A DNA stretch of 64,000 nucleotides from Phormidium sp. Lineage in GTDB: Bacteria > Cyanobacteriota > Cyanobacteriia > Cyanobacteriales > Aerosakkonemataceae. Each line of letters opens with the position of its first letter. Within the stretch, counting starts at the first letter, position 1. The notes beneath the pieces were generated by a model. It saw only the letters and a list, made by a program, of their open reading frames with translations. It was not told the DNA's origin and did not search any database. The stretch lies in the NCBI GenBank assembly GCA_051013385.1, contig CP143273.1:1120001-1184000 (forward strand), given 5' to 3'. Position numbers and translations under genes: made by a program. Of this stretch, positions 11,401 to 20,972 are shown piece after piece.

Positions 11401-14400
11401 TTGTATCTGCTAAATCAAAAGGTTGAATAGCCTGTTGTTGGGCTAATTGAGCATAAGCAATTTCCCGTTCTGTTATTGATAAATGTTGCAAATCAACAAC
11501 TGATATTTTGCTATTCACTTCTGTTTTAATAATTGGCACGGGTTGACCATCAACAGTGATGAAGTTAGTGCGTAATACTTCGTGGCGATGAATAATTTCG
11601 GCTAAACTTTGTTCTAAGGCAGTAATTTTCAAGGTTCCGATTAGACGCAAAGCAATGGGAATGTTGTATAAGGCGCTATTTGGCTCCAACTGATCTAAGA
11701 ACCACAACCGACTTTGAGCATAAGATAATGGCAATTCTGCATTTTTGGCTCTGGGTAAAATAGGTGGAGCAGTTAATTCTAATTTTTGTTGCTTTAACTG
11801 CTGAATCAATTCGGCTAATTCTGCTATTGTTGGTGTAGTAAATAGACAGCGCAAGGGTATTTCTACTTGTAAGTTGGAACGGATGCGCGATACTAGTTGG
11901 GTTGCCATTAGGGAATGTCCGCCTAGTTCAAAGAAGTTATCATGAATGCTGATTTGCGGTAGTTGCAAAACTTGTGTCCAAGTGAGTAGTAACATTTCCT
12001 CGATCGGACTGCGAGGCGCAATAAATTTATCTTGGCGATCGCGTTCTAAATCCGCCACAGGCAAAGCACGGCGATTTACTTTACCATTGGGAGTCAAGGG
12101 CAATGATTCCATAATCACGAAAGCTGATGGCACCATGTATTCTGGCAGTTTTGCTTTCAGGAATTGCCTTAATTGGTCGATCGTTGGTGTCACTTGGGGA
12201 TCTGGGACGATGTAAGCGACGAGGAGTTTGTTTCCAGGGATGTCTTCACGAGCAATAACACAAGCAGTTTGTACGTCAGCTTTTTGGTTCAGTATTGCTT
12301 CAATTTCTCCTAATTCGATGCGAAAGCCCCGAATTTTTACCTGATTGTCGATCCGTTCTAGGTATTCAATATTGCCGTCTGGTAAATAGCGTGCTAGATC
12401 ACCTGTTTTGTAAAGGCGAGAATGGGCGATAGATTTCTGTTCTTTGTTGGTGAAGGGATTAGGGATAAATTTTTCTTCTGTCAATTCTGGTCGGTTGAAG
12501 TAGCCTCGTGCTAATCCAGCACCACCAATGTACAATTCTCCTGGTACACCTACAGGTACTGGTTGCAAATAGCGATCGAGCAGATAGATTTGTGTGTTAG
12601 ACAGAGGACGACCTAAAGGAACTGTTTGAGTACAAATATTTGATAGAGACTCTACCTTAAAAGTTAATACACCAACTGTAGTTTCTGTCGGGCCGTAATG
12701 GTTAAATATTTCGCACTCTGGGCTATGAGCTAAGATTTTTTCGACTAAACTCCAACTCGTTGCTTCACCTCCTAAGATTAATTTTCGCCAAGGTATTCGG
12801 GTTTCAGGTTGAACAGATGATAATAAAGCAGCTAAATGTGAAGGAACTATTTTGAGATAATCAAAAGGATTTTGTTGGCAATATTCTAAAAAGGCATGGG
12901 AATCAGAGATTCTTTCTTTTGATAAGATGTGCAGACAGCCGCCACTGGATAAACAAGGAAAGATAACAGTATTACCTAAATCTGCTGCAAAGGTTGAGGC
13001 TAGGGCATATCGTCCCCCTGGTTCAGGGAATACTCTTTCTTTGATTCCTTGTACATAATTAATTAGTTGTTTGTGTTCAACTGCTACCCCTTTAGCTTTA
13101 CCAGTCGAGCCAGAAGTGAAAATCACATAGATTAAATTATCGGGAGTGGTGGTATTTTCTGGATTATTTTCGTTTAATTGGGAAGTTTTTTGCCAATGAG
13201 AATCAAAAGAAATCACAGGGATTTCTTGCTTTGAGAATTTCTCAATTAATGAGTTTTGGGTTAAGATAACTTTTGCCTGAGTATCTGCAAGTATAAAATT
13301 CAAACGTTCTTGGGGAGAATCAGGATCGAGGGGAAGGTATGCACCACCTGCTTTCAGAATTCCCCATAGCCCGATAATCATTTCTAGGGAGCGTTCTACA
13401 CAAATCCCAACTAATACATCTGCTTTTACACCCAATTCAATTAAGTAATGAGCTAATTGATTAGCACGATGATTTAATTCTTGATAAGTCAGTTGTTGAT
13501 TTTCAAATACTACGGCTACTGCATCAGGGTTGCTAGATACCTGTTGCTGAAATAACTGATGGATACACTTATCTTGAGGATAATCAACTTGGGTTTTGTT
13601 CCATTCAATTAATAACTGCTGTGCTTCTGTTTGAGTTAGTAGAGGTAATTGGGAAATTTGCTGCTGAGGATTATTAACGATAGCTTCTAGCAAGCTGACG
13701 AAATGACCGGACATTCTGGCGATCGTTGTTGCTGCAAACAAGTCAATATTGTATTGCCAACAGATCTGAAAAATTCCGTCAGTTTCCATGACCATCAAAT
13801 TTAAGTCCAAATCTGCACCGCGTTGATGTTTAAATAAATAAGGTTTCATCTCTAACGGTGGTTCTTGAAGAATGGATAAATCTTCTATTGATTCAAGCCC
13901 AGTTTGTGAGTGCCAGTTAAAACCTACTTGCCAGGTAAAACCAATTTGACACAAGGGAGGACGACTAGCATCTCGCTGCTGTTGAAGTTTCTCAGCTAAA
14001 AGAGAGAAAGGATAATGTTGATGCTTTTGAGCTTCTTTTACAGTGTTACTAACTTGAGTTGAAAATTCTTGGAATGTAGCATTCTCTTGTATAGTAGTTC
14101 GTAATACAACGCGGTTCACAAAATAGCCAATTACTTCTTTAAATTCTTTATTACTACGACCTCTCATGGGAGTGCCGATGAGGATGTCTTTTTGCTCAGT
14201 ATATCGATAAATTAGTATATAAAATGCTGTTAGTAAAAGTTGATAAAGACTTGTTCCAGAGACTAGTGCGAGATTGCTAAGTTTTTGAGTTAAATCTCGA
14301 TCGAGGTGAAGAATATGTCCTTCTCCTTGATAAGTTTGCACAGGTGGGCGGGGTTTGTCCGTAAATAAGTTCAAAATTGGCAATTCTCCTGCTAACTTTT

Positions 14401-14998
14401 TTTGCCAGTATTGCCAAAGTTTTTCCCCTCGCGCCCCCGACAGCATTTCTATCTGCCAGTTAACAAAATCTGTATAATATTTGCCTGGTTTATTGCTGCT
14501 AATAGGAAGTCCATTTATTTCTCGAATATAAGCTGTTTGAAATTCACAAAGTAGTAAATCAACAGTCCGCATATCTCCGGCAATGTGGTGCATGGTTAGC
14601 AAGAGAATGTGTTCTTTTGCCGATCGAGTAAATAGATGAATCCGCAAAAGTGAATCGGTTTCTAGGTTAAAAGGGCGATCGGTTTCTTCAAAAATCTTCT
14701 CTTTTAACTCATCTTCATTCCAGCCGGAAGCATCTATTACTTCAACTTGAAATTTATGTCGATCGTTAACTCGCTGAACAGGTTTGTCTTGGTGGGTAGT
14801 ATATGTAGTTCGGAGAATAGGATGGCATTCAACAATCTTATTCCATACATTAATAAATGTATCAATATTTATATATGAATTAATTTTTGTTGTGGTAAAT
14901 ATGTTATATGCTACATTTTCTGGAGCCATTTGGTAGATAAACCAAAGGGCTTGTTGGTTATAAGAAAGAGGATAAGTTTTTGTTACTTTTCTGTTCAT
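8486..14998 (-). CDS. NRPS, C-A(Asp)-T-C-A(Thr)-T; ApdA/OciA-like
   Basis: 2170 aa with C motifs HHIAGD and HHIVSDG, two A domains (codes DLTKIGHV and DFWNIGMVH) and two LGGHSL carrier domains. Confidence 0.95.
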   Translation of the reverse strand: MNRKVTKTYPLSYNQQALWFIYQMAPENVAYNIFTTTKINSYINIDTFINVWNKIVECHPILRTTYTTHQDKPVQRVNDRHKFQVEVIDASGWNEDELKEKIFEETDRPFNLETDSLLRIHLFTRSAKEHILLLTMHHIAGDMRTVDLLLCEFQTAYIREINGLPISSNKPGKYYTDFVNWQIEMLSGARGEKLWQYWQKKLAGELPILNLFTDKPRPPVQTYQGEGHILHLDRDLTQKLSNLALVSGTSLYQLLLTAFYILIYRYTEQKDILIGTPMRGRSNKEFKEVIGYFVNRVVLRTTIQENATFQEFSTQVSNTVKEAQKHQHYPFSLLAEKLQQQRDASRPPLCQIGFTWQVGFNWHSQTGLESIEDLSILQEPPLEMKPYLFKHQRGADLDLNLMVMETDGIFQICWQYNIDLFAATTIARMSGHFVSLLEAIVNNPQQQISQLPLLTQTEAQQLLIEWNKTQVDYPQDKCIHQLFQQQVSSNPDAVAVVFENQQLTYQELNHRANQLAHYLIELGVKADVLVGICVERSLEMIIGLWGILKAGGAYLPLDPDSPQERLNFILADTQAKVILTQNSLIEKFSKQEIPVISFDSHWQKTSQLNENNPENTTTPDNLIYVIFTSGSTGKAKGVAVEHKQLINYVQGIKERVFPEPGGRYALASTFAADLGNTVIFPCLSSGGCLHILSKERISDSHAFLEYCQQNPFDYLKIVPSHLAALLSSVQPETRIPWRKLILGGEATSWSLVEKILAHSPECEIFNHYGPTETTVGVLTFKVESLSNICTQTVPLGRPLSNTQIYLLDRYLQPVPVGVPGELYIGGAGLARGYFNRPELTEEKFIPNPFTNKEQKSIAHSRLYKTGDLARYLPDGNIEYLERIDNQVKIRGFRIELGEIEAILNQKADVQTACVIAREDIPGNKLLVAYIVPDPQVTPTIDQLRQFLKAKLPEYMVPSAFVIMESLPLTPNGKVNRRALPVADLERDRQDKFIAPRSPIEEMLLLTWTQVLQLPQISIHDNFFELGGHSLMATQLVSRIRSNLQVEIPLRCLFTTPTIAELAELIQQLKQQKLELTAPPILPRAKNAELPLSYAQSRLWFLDQLEPNSALYNIPIALRLIGTLKITALEQSLAEIIHRHEVLRTNFITVDGQPVPIIKTEVNSKISVVDLQHLSITEREIAYAQLAQQQAIQPFDLADTNLLRTTLVVLSETEQILLVCMHHIVSDGWSRGVLIQELATLYNSYTQDRPSDALTTKIPLEPLPIQYADFAIWQKQWLQGEVLQTQLNYWQQQLADAPPLLLLPTDRPRPAIQTFTGVHQEFTLSVELTQRLTKLSQEQGVTLFMTLLAAFDTLLYRYTGQSDILVGSPIANRNRSEIEKLIGCFINTLVLRADLSGNPSFKELLTRIRDVAMDSYTYQDLPFELLVETLQPERNLSHTPLFQVMFVLQNAPMPDIELTGLTMSYLPTENATAKFDLTLSMENRTTGLLGVWEYNTDLFDTANATLRERTTIERMTGHFMTLLESIVAHPEQQISQLPLLTEIEQKQLLIEWNNTQTAYPSDKCLHQLFEEQVEQTPDAVAVVFEKQQLTYRELNNRANQLAHYLHTLGIGADVLVGICVERSLEMLVGILGILKAGGAYVPLDSEYPTERLSFMLEDSQVSVLLTQAKLVESLPKHQAQVVCLDTDWNTISQNSKSNPQNPATYNNLAYVIYTSGSTGKPKGVLVNHCNVVRLFAATNDWYNFNTQDVWTLFHSYAFDFSVWEIWGALLYGGRLVIVPYLVTRSPESFYQLLINEKVTVLNQTPSAFRQLISAEESIATTDELKLRLVIFGGEALELKSLQPWFERHGDTMPQLVNMYGITETTVHVTYRQLSLADLNGSASVIGRPIPDLKVYVLDEHLQPVPIGVKGEMYVGGAGVTRGYLNRHELTAERFISSPFDDVKLYKTGDLARYLPNGELEYLGRIDNQVKIRGFRIELGEIEAALAQHPAIRENVVVVREDEPGDKRLVAYVVAKGESSLQVIELRQFLTDRLPAYMIPNAIVVLESLPLTANGKIDRRALPKPDLNSQLLDKYVAPRSPTEERLAEIWAQVLKVERVGINDNFFALGGHSLLATQLVSRIRDRFKIEFRLRELFNTATLAELAEAIEKLQHQKPETSNVNTRRIVPRNKR
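10475..10499. repeat. Small dispersed repeat (about 24 nt) inserted in-frame in the NRPS C domain
   Basis: GCGTTCGCGTAGCGTTGCGTTAGCA adds 8 aa (DLFDTANATLRERTTIERM versus DLFDGSTIERM in a sister module). Related copies at about 22688, 31914 and 32461. Confidence 0.7.
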
Positions 14999-15069
14999 TA
15001 TAACTCCTGTAAATTTCGACTATCTTGATCACAACCCTACAACTCTATGAAGAGTAGGTAAGCAATACC

Positions 15070-15651
15070 TTAAATTACACAAGGATCGTAGTACTCCTTT
15101 ACTGGGTAAATACTGGTCAACTCTTGGCTTTTAATCAAATATATACCACTAACATTTTTGAGATCTTCTGCTAACAATTCTTCTATTCTTTCTTGTAACA
15201 TCTTAAGTTCTGTATCAGTGGTTGGAGAGGGAGGACAGATACAGACTAAGAAAGGATTTGTCGATCGCATTCTAGCAGTTTTCAAGGCACTGCCAAAATC
15301 CTTGAGAATTTGCTCTATTTGGGCTATTTTTTGTCCTAATTGCTGTGATAGTAGATTGTGTTTATCACGTAAGCGATCGCCAATAATTTGTGCTTTCAGA
15401 GCATCGTCAACTCTCAATTGGAGACGCTTCTCGGTTCCTTGCCAATCCTCAAACCTAACTAGAACTACATTAACTCCTTTTTGATTGGTAGCTAAAAGAC
15501 TAGCTGGATTGAGCAGTTCTTGAAATACTTGGTTGTAGGGAGCAAATTCTATGGGATAAGATAATCCCATTTCTTGAAGCCAATAAGATAAGGACTCTTC
15601 AATTAGTTCCCTACTATATGTAGCTGTGATTAGAATTTTTTCTTTAAGCAT
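15070..15651 (-). pseudogene. Truncated FkbH-like (glyceryl-loading) N-terminal domain
   Basis: IEFAPYNQVFQELLNPASLL...VNVVLVRFEDW is typical of FkbH-like N-termini. The ORF stops at EYYDP before any HAD DxDxT core. Confidence 0.7.
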
Positions 15652-15822
15652 ATATATCTGAATTCTGTGTTACTGTAAGGCATTTAATCGCTATTACAAA
15701 ATATTCTATTAGATTTCAAGAAAATGCAATACAGTCCAAAATTGTCCAATTGTCAATTGGCTCTTACGCTCTTATTGTTACTATTTCTTAAGCATACGTA
15801 TAATTTTTTCCTTAGTATCTCT

Positions 15823-15859
15823 GTTTAGACTATGGCACTTTTAGTGCCATAGTCTAAAC
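15823..15859. repeat. Perfect hairpin upstream of the NRPS cluster
   Basis: GTTTAGACTATGGCACT-TTT-AGTGCCATAGTCTAAAC. Confidence 0.6.
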
Positions 15860-15948
15860 TCCAGAACATTTTAGAAGTGCCACTAGTAGCATTAAAAAGC
15901 ATACCTATTGGTAATCGGTAATTAGTTAAATATGCTACCTTAGCATAC

Positions 15949-16139
15949 GGCTCTTTCGGGTTAATGGGGAAAAATGTTCATATATGTTACAAACTAGGGA
16001 AACGGTGCGTATAGCCTACGGCATTCAAGAAAAGGCACGGGAATTTATTTATGGGTTGAAATGCTGAATTTATCGCCCGTGCCTAACACACCAAATCAGT
16101 TAAATAAGATTTTGTTATCACCATAAATCCGGGAGAGCC
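15949..16139. mobile_element. ISL3-type MITE (about 191 bp) truncating the dcm 3' end
   Basis: Imperfect terminal IRs GGCTCTTTCGGGTTAATGGGGA and GGCTCTCCCGGATTTATGGTGA begin with GGCTCT like the ISL3 at 54742. Internal IR GGCACGGG...CCCGTGCC. No target duplication. Confidence 0.6.
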
Positions 16140-17172
16140 ATAAAGGTGGTACAGAATTTCCTACTTGTCGAAATCCACACAAAATTGTGGGATGAAATCG
16201 AAACCAATCTGGAAAAGAATGTAATCGCGCACCTTCTCTAACAGTGATGCACCGGGGTTGATGTGGATGAATTGGTCTGGGCGCGGTATGGTTCCCTCGA
16301 TCGCTTCCACTCCCAGCCCTTAAAGTTGGTGCAAGTCCAAACGGATTCAGTTTGTGAAAATGACTGATTGGTTCGATTCGTCCCGGTGGAGTTTTGGCAA
16401 ATCGAGCGATCGATTCTGGGTTGTGTGAAGAGCGTTTGCTGTTGGTTAACAGATTTGGGTTGAATATTCTGGCATTATCCCATCGCAGAAACACCGCATA
16501 AGGATTGTCTGTGTGCCAATTCAATTCAATGGAATCGCTATGAAGTAATTCCGGGTAGTTGCTGATTTCCGGTAAATCATCGATCGCATCCCATACCGTT
16601 GGCGGCATTTTTTGAATGGGTTGTGGATAAATTGGTAAATCGCAACCACGTTTAGCACCAATCAGAAACAATCGCTTTCGATTTTGCGGCACTCCGTAAT
16701 GTGCAGCATTGAGAATAACAGGCGTGAGAACTACATAATTACTATTCCACAATTGGTCAATTACCCCATCTAAATATTGCCGATGAGAACCCATCATTAA
16801 TCCCGGCACGTTTTCCATAATGAAGTAGTCAGCCCCCAGTTCTGCAACCAACCGAACGAAGTGAAAGACTAACTTGTTGCGATCGTCTTCTTGCCGTCTT
16901 CTGCCGATTAGTGAGAATCCCTGACAAGGCCGACTGCCTGCCACCAAATTGATTTTGCGCTCCCCGATTCCAGAGGAGCTTCTTAACTCAACAGCAGTAA
17001 GATCTGTGATGTCTGTGCAAACAACTGGGCTATGAGGAAAGTTTAGTTTGTGGGTTTGGCAATTGATGCGATCGACATCGACAGCTGCTACTACATCAAA
17101 TCCTGCTTGTTCCAAGCCAAGCGACATCCCTCCGGCTCCACAGAATAAATCGATCGCTGTTGGTCTACTCAT
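16096..17172 (-). CDS. dcm: C5 DNA cytosine methyltransferase (Dcm family), C-terminus replaced by MITE sequence
   Basis: DLFCGAGG, PCQGFS, ENV, QNRKR and QVGNSVPP motifs. The tail after VPPL is read from the MITE. Confidence 0.88.
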   Translation of the reverse strand: MSRPTAIDLFCGAGGMSLGLEQAGFDVVAAVDVDRINCQTHKLNFPHSPVVCTDITDLTAVELRSSSGIGERKINLVAGSRPCQGFSLIGRRRQEDDRNKLVFHFVRLVAELGADYFIMENVPGLMMGSHRQYLDGVIDQLWNSNYVVLTPVILNAAHYGVPQNRKRLFLIGAKRGCDLPIYPQPIQKMPPTVWDAIDDLPEISNYPELLHSDSIELNWHTDNPYAVFLRWDNARIFNPNLLTNSKRSSHNPESIARFAKTPPGRIEPISHFHKLNPFGLAPTLRAGSGSDRGNHTAPRPIHPHQPRCITVREGARLHSFPDWFRFHPTILCGFRQVGNSVPPLWLSRIYGDNKILFN

Positions 17173-17567
17173 ACTGGAATTGCCCGCTCAAGTAATCTAA
17201 TCTTGGTTGGTGGCAATGAATTTTCTTGGACAAATCCCTTAGCTTTTGGCGATTTAAACGATTCTGGTGTTGATAATAATTCCCTGGATAATTCTGTTTT
17301 ATGACAAGTTTCATCACTGAATTTATTTGATTCAACTCTTTCGACAAACCAACCACCTTTTTTCGTAAATAAAATTATTTGGTTAATCCCCAGTTGACAA
17401 ATTTCAGGAATTAATAAAATTTTATAGGTTTCAATAATTGCCAGTTCCTTTTCCGCATCTCTATGTTTAAGATTGGTCACAAATATATCAGCCTCTCCAT
17501 GCAATAATTCAGAATTGTCAGATAACAAACGTTGTTTTAATTCTGCCCAGAATTCTCTATGTTTCAT
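17169..17567 (-). CDS. Hypothetical protein
   Basis: 132-aa ORF overlapping both neighbours in an operon-like arrangement. Confidence 0.7.
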   Translation of the reverse strand: MKHREFWAELKQRLLSDNSELLHGEADIFVTNLKHRDAEKELAIIETYKILLIPEICQLGINQIILFTKKGGWFVERVESNKFSDETCHKTELSRELLSTPESFKSPKAKGFVQENSLPPTKIRLLERAIPV

Positions 17568-18147
17568 ATTTTTGACCTACCAAATGTGGCTCAACCCAGA
17601 TATTTTTTATCTGTACCCGACCTGCCCCCACTCGTTGACTTCTCCAATGCCCTCGTCGCTCATGTTGAATTGGTGATTTGCGGTTTGGATGTGTAGATGA
17701 GTTATTATTTTTTTCAGTAAAAGTTGCTGTTTTTGGTTGGTAATTCCATCCAATCCATCTGGGATTTTGCGTTGGATTGGAACTGGTTGTAATCGCTTTA
17801 AATCCAACTCCACTTGGCGTTGATTCTTTGGGAGTGTAAATCTGTAACCACAATAAACATTGAATGGCGATCGATAACAATTTATTAATAAATTCTTCTT
17901 CTGGACTTGAGAGCGAACTTTCTCGGAAAGGCAACTTATTTTCGTTTGTTCTCTCTAACGAACACCCAGAAAAATACAGCGTTGCATCCCCAACTGCTGT
18001 GAATATTTGCAACATATCTTCTGGGTAAGTATTAAATATCCGTTGTGGTTTGTGTAGTTGAATTGTGGAAACTTCACCTTTGAGCCGATGGGCAAATATT
18101 ATCCAATTTACCGGATATCCATCTGATAATTGATTCAAAGTGTCCAT
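17557..18147 (-). CDS. Phage-type hypothetical protein with C-terminal HxRRGHWR motif
   Basis: RKSPIQHERRGHWRSQRVG...IWVEPHLV; conserved upstream motif. Confidence 0.75.
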   Translation of the reverse strand: MDTLNQLSDGYPVNWIIFAHRLKGEVSTIQLHKPQRIFNTYPEDMLQIFTAVGDATLYFSGCSLERTNENKLPFRESSLSSPEEEFINKLLSIAIQCLLWLQIYTPKESTPSGVGFKAITTSSNPTQNPRWIGWNYQPKTATFTEKNNNSSTHPNRKSPIQHERRGHWRSQRVGAGRVQIKNIWVEPHLVGQKYET

Positions 18148-18172
18148 AAGTCAAGAACCAAACATCAGAATC

Positions 18173-18189
18173 AAAAAGCGAAGCATTAG
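18173..18189 (-). promoter_or_regulatory. Conserved pre-gene motif, copy 1 (CTAATGCTTCGCTTTTT)
   Basis: GCG core 31 nt from ATG 18147; hairpin at 18201-18222 just upstream. Confidence 0.7.
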
Positions 18190-18230
18190 CTAAAAATTAA
18201 GACCCAGGAAAATTCCTGAGTCTGAAATCA

Positions 18231-19172
18231 CTAAGATTTAGGTTTCAACAAATTAACTAATGCTTTTGGTAATTGTGGCGCATCATCATCTTCGCCTGGT
18301 GGTAGAGCAGATTTGATGGGTTCATCAATGCCACTCAAAGCAAATCCAGCTGCATTCATATCGAACAATTCCCAAACGGCATTCTTTTTGTCTTTGCTTC
18401 CCAAAAACCAAGTTTTCAGGTTTTCGATCGCAGGCTGGTCATATTTCTCGACTTTGCAGCAATAGGATTTATTACCGCCTTCACCTTCTTTGATGCCTTT
18501 GAAGTCACAGCGAAACACAACAAGAGAACGCCAGCGATCGTTCTTTCCACTAGCACGAAGTCCAGTCACCTTAGAAAATGCTAATTCAGCAGCCGAATAG
18601 CTTTCATCTAAAGTTTCTTTTAAACTCCACAAAGCAACATTTTTGAATCTGATTCGGATTGGTCGCTGATGTAAGAATTCATTGCGATCGTTCAAGAACA
18701 TAATTAAATGCTCACTAACAGCATCCATGATTTTCTTATCAAGCAGATGCTTGTTTTCTTCGTACCAACCGATCGCACTTAACGCTAAACTAACATCGCC
18801 GCCATGCTCTTTTAAGCTTTCTTCATTCTTGTAACGGATGTAAGGTTCAATTCGTCCCAGCACAATGAATCGCGCCGAAGTCAAAAATACACCTTTCTCT
18901 TTGCCACCAGCTAAGTCCAGTTCAACCAATTCCGGTGTACCAATCCAACCAGCTTTGCTGAGGTTCTTTTCGGGAATGAATAAACCTGCTGGGTTATCGT
19001 TAACGACAATTCCATAAGTGAGTCGGGGAACTCGCGGAGAATTGAATTCTTCATCCAGCAATTCTGAATCGATTTCAAATTCAGCAGCGATGTTTTGTTC
19101 AGCGTCAATGTTTTCAGTTTGAGCAGTGTTTTCAGTTTGAGCAGTGTTTTCAGTTGATTTCTTAGTAGCCAT
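18231..19172 (-). CDS. DUF5895-like cyanobacterial mobile-element protein
   Basis: 313 aa; PRLTYGIVVNDNPAGLFIPEKNLSKAGW motif; N-terminal 18-nt tandem repeat (TENTAQ). Confidence 0.65.
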   Translation of the reverse strand: MATKKSTENTAQTENTAQTENIDAEQNIAAEFEIDSELLDEEFNSPRVPRLTYGIVVNDNPAGLFIPEKNLSKAGWIGTPELVELDLAGGKEKGVFLTSARFIVLGRIEPYIRYKNEESLKEHGGDVSLALSAIGWYEENKHLLDKKIMDAVSEHLIMFLNDRNEFLHQRPIRIRFKNVALWSLKETLDESYSAAELAFSKVTGLRASGKNDRWRSLVVFRCDFKGIKEGEGGNKSYCCKVEKYDQPAIENLKTWFLGSKDKKNAVWELFDMNAAGFALSGIDEPIKSALPPGEDDDAPQLPKALVNLLKPKS

Positions 19173-19201
19173 GTTGATTCATTGATAAAAGGTCAAAGTG
19201 C

Positions 19202-19217
19202 AAAAGCGAAGCATCAG
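19202..19217 (-). promoter_or_regulatory. Conserved pre-gene motif, copy 2
   Basis: AAAAGCGAAGCATCAG on +; core 34 nt from ATG 19172. Confidence 0.7.
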
Positions 19218-19431
19218 CGTGAAGTTAGAGTAATAGTTGTTAAACCATTACCCTAAAACCTCCCAACTAAATTGGTAAATTCAAATCAATATCTACCAAC
19301 GGGAACTTACTTTGTTTAATTAGCGATCGCATCCGTTCACCCAACCCTGGTTTCCCATTGGTTCCAGAAAATGAGTAATCAAACCATTGATTATCAGATT
19401 CCGTTGATTCAAAATACAAATGTTAGTGATG

Positions 19432-19467
19432 AGAGGAAAGCAACCAGCATATAAACTACTTTCCTCT
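19432..19467 (-). other. Hairpin just after the IscB-like gene; probable IS200/IS605 right end or terminator
   Basis: AGAGGAAAG...CTTTCCTCT followed by CATCAC on the minus strand. Confidence 0.45.
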
Positions 19468-19475
19468 GTTTAAAG

Positions 19476-20558
19476 TTAGAACAAACTTAATTGGTCGCCT
19501 TGGATTCCCTTGAACTGGTGAATCTGTTTAGGTTTGATTTGACTTGGTTTTGGTTGATTAACTTTTTGGCTCAAAACCTGACCAAAGTTATAGGTATAGC
19601 CATCAGATTTATGTAAGTGACGACAATACTTGTGACTGATTCCTTGAACAGTATCAGTTTTGGTTTTGACATTGAAATTGCCAGTTTTACGAACCGCAAC
19701 TCTGCCAACATAAGTACCTAGCTTTTTACCTTTGGTAACTACAGCTTTGACAATATCGCCAGTCATAAAGCCGTAAAACGATTTCTGTCTGAGTTTAGGA
19801 GAAGTACGAGGAAAACCATACTTATCTGGCTTAACCATTTGACGTGAACCGCGCCCCATAGCCTTAATAATTAATGGTTGATAACCAGTGATATTGAGAC
19901 TGTTAGGAGTAGACTGTCCAACACAAGCTGCATCTGTCCAGTGACTTTTGGTGATATTTAAACGCTGGCGATTATATTTAGTTAAGCCACCAGAACCTAA
20001 TTCAACAGGTAAGCTTGTAGATTCAAGAACTTCCTTTAATTTCCATCGCGTAGCATTGACAGCCGCCGCATCAGCTAATGGTTGTTTTCGTTGTTTCTCA
20101 ATTTTGGCAAGAATATCTAAGCGATCGCTTAGAAACTCAGCAGGCAATTTATCTCCTTTAGCCTGATTACATTCAACACAAGATAAGACCAAGTTACTAA
20201 CTCGATCGCTACCACCCTTTGACTTTGGATGAAAATGGTCTAAGTTAAAAGGTTTGTTAGTAGCACCACAATAAACGCAGGTATGGTTAAACTTTTCAAG
20301 CAAATATTGTCTAACCTCATAACCCCAAAGTTCACCACGTTGATACTCAACCCCATTAACTTCAGGATTTACCATTTTCTGAGTGTCAAACTTAACCAAT
20401 CGTCCTGATGGGTTAGATAAAACTATTCTGTTCTTTGGTAGTGATTCAGAAATTGAGAGAGCTTCAGCGATCGCATCTGGCATTAGCATATCGATTTGAT
20501 GGCTGATTTTCTCAAGTTCAACTCTCAAGGATATTAATTCTGTCAGGGCTGAATTCAT
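19476..20558 (-). CDS. Chimeric IscB-derived HNH endonuclease (foreign N-terminus plus C-terminal half of IscB)
   Basis: LVKFDTQ...YEVRQYLLEK, CxxC-HNH-CxxC and SHWTDAACVG. No PLMP, RuvC-I or bridge helix. Ends in QLSLF. Confidence 0.8.
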   Translation of the reverse strand: MNSALTELISLRVELEKISHQIDMLMPDAIAEALSISESLPKNRIVLSNPSGRLVKFDTQKMVNPEVNGVEYQRGELWGYEVRQYLLEKFNHTCVYCGATNKPFNLDHFHPKSKGGSDRVSNLVLSCVECNQAKGDKLPAEFLSDRLDILAKIEKQRKQPLADAAAVNATRWKLKEVLESTSLPVELGSGGLTKYNRQRLNITKSHWTDAACVGQSTPNSLNITGYQPLIIKAMGRGSRQMVKPDKYGFPRTSPKLRQKSFYGFMTGDIVKAVVTKGKKLGTYVGRVAVRKTGNFNVKTKTDTVQGISHKYCRHLHKSDGYTYNFGQVLSQKVNQPKPSQIKPKQIHQFKGIQGDQLSLF

Positions 20559-20621
20559 GATACAATATCTCCATTACACAAGGTTTTCCAATGGTTTCCA
20601 TGACTGGTTTACCCAGTCTTT

Positions 20622-20813
20622 TTATTGCTTAATAATCAGTGACAGGGTTCTGATATCGAATTGATTTAAGCCTTTAATGCTTTGTTGAAATAGCTTAAAC
20701 TTCTCTGCTGAGTATGAACAGTCAGTAAATCCAGTCCGGTCTAAAAACTGATAGTAGTCCATATTCCAGTAAGCATTAGTTAACGCTGATAACACTTGCT
20801 CTAATTCAGACAT
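20622..20813 (-). CDS. Small hypothetical protein
   Basis: 63 aa, preceded by the conserved motif. Confidence 0.7.
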   Translation of the reverse strand: MSELEQVLSALTNAYWNMDYYQFLDRTGFTDCSYSAEKFKLFQQSIKGLNQFDIRTLSLIIKQ

Positions 20814-20844
20814 CTTTTGTTACCAAAAAACAACCAAAATCCCC

Positions 20845-20859
20845 AAGCGAAAGCACCAG
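20845..20859 (-). promoter_or_regulatory. Conserved pre-gene motif, copy 3
   Basis: AAGCGAAAGCACCAG; core 34 nt from ATG 20813; overlaps the hairpin CACCAGTAGCA...TGCTACTGGTG. Confidence 0.6.
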
Positions 20860-20972
20860 TAGCAAATAACAAGTTTCTGCTACTGGTGATGAAATCAATG
20901 GAATAACGCTATTGTGTTTCTAGGTTTTTCAACAATTGCAACAGAATAACGCCAGTAGAAATTGGATTATAC

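Noticed and set aside
647..12215. Short plus-strand ORFs across the NRPS region
   Set aside because: Antisense shadows of the long minus-strand NRPS frames.
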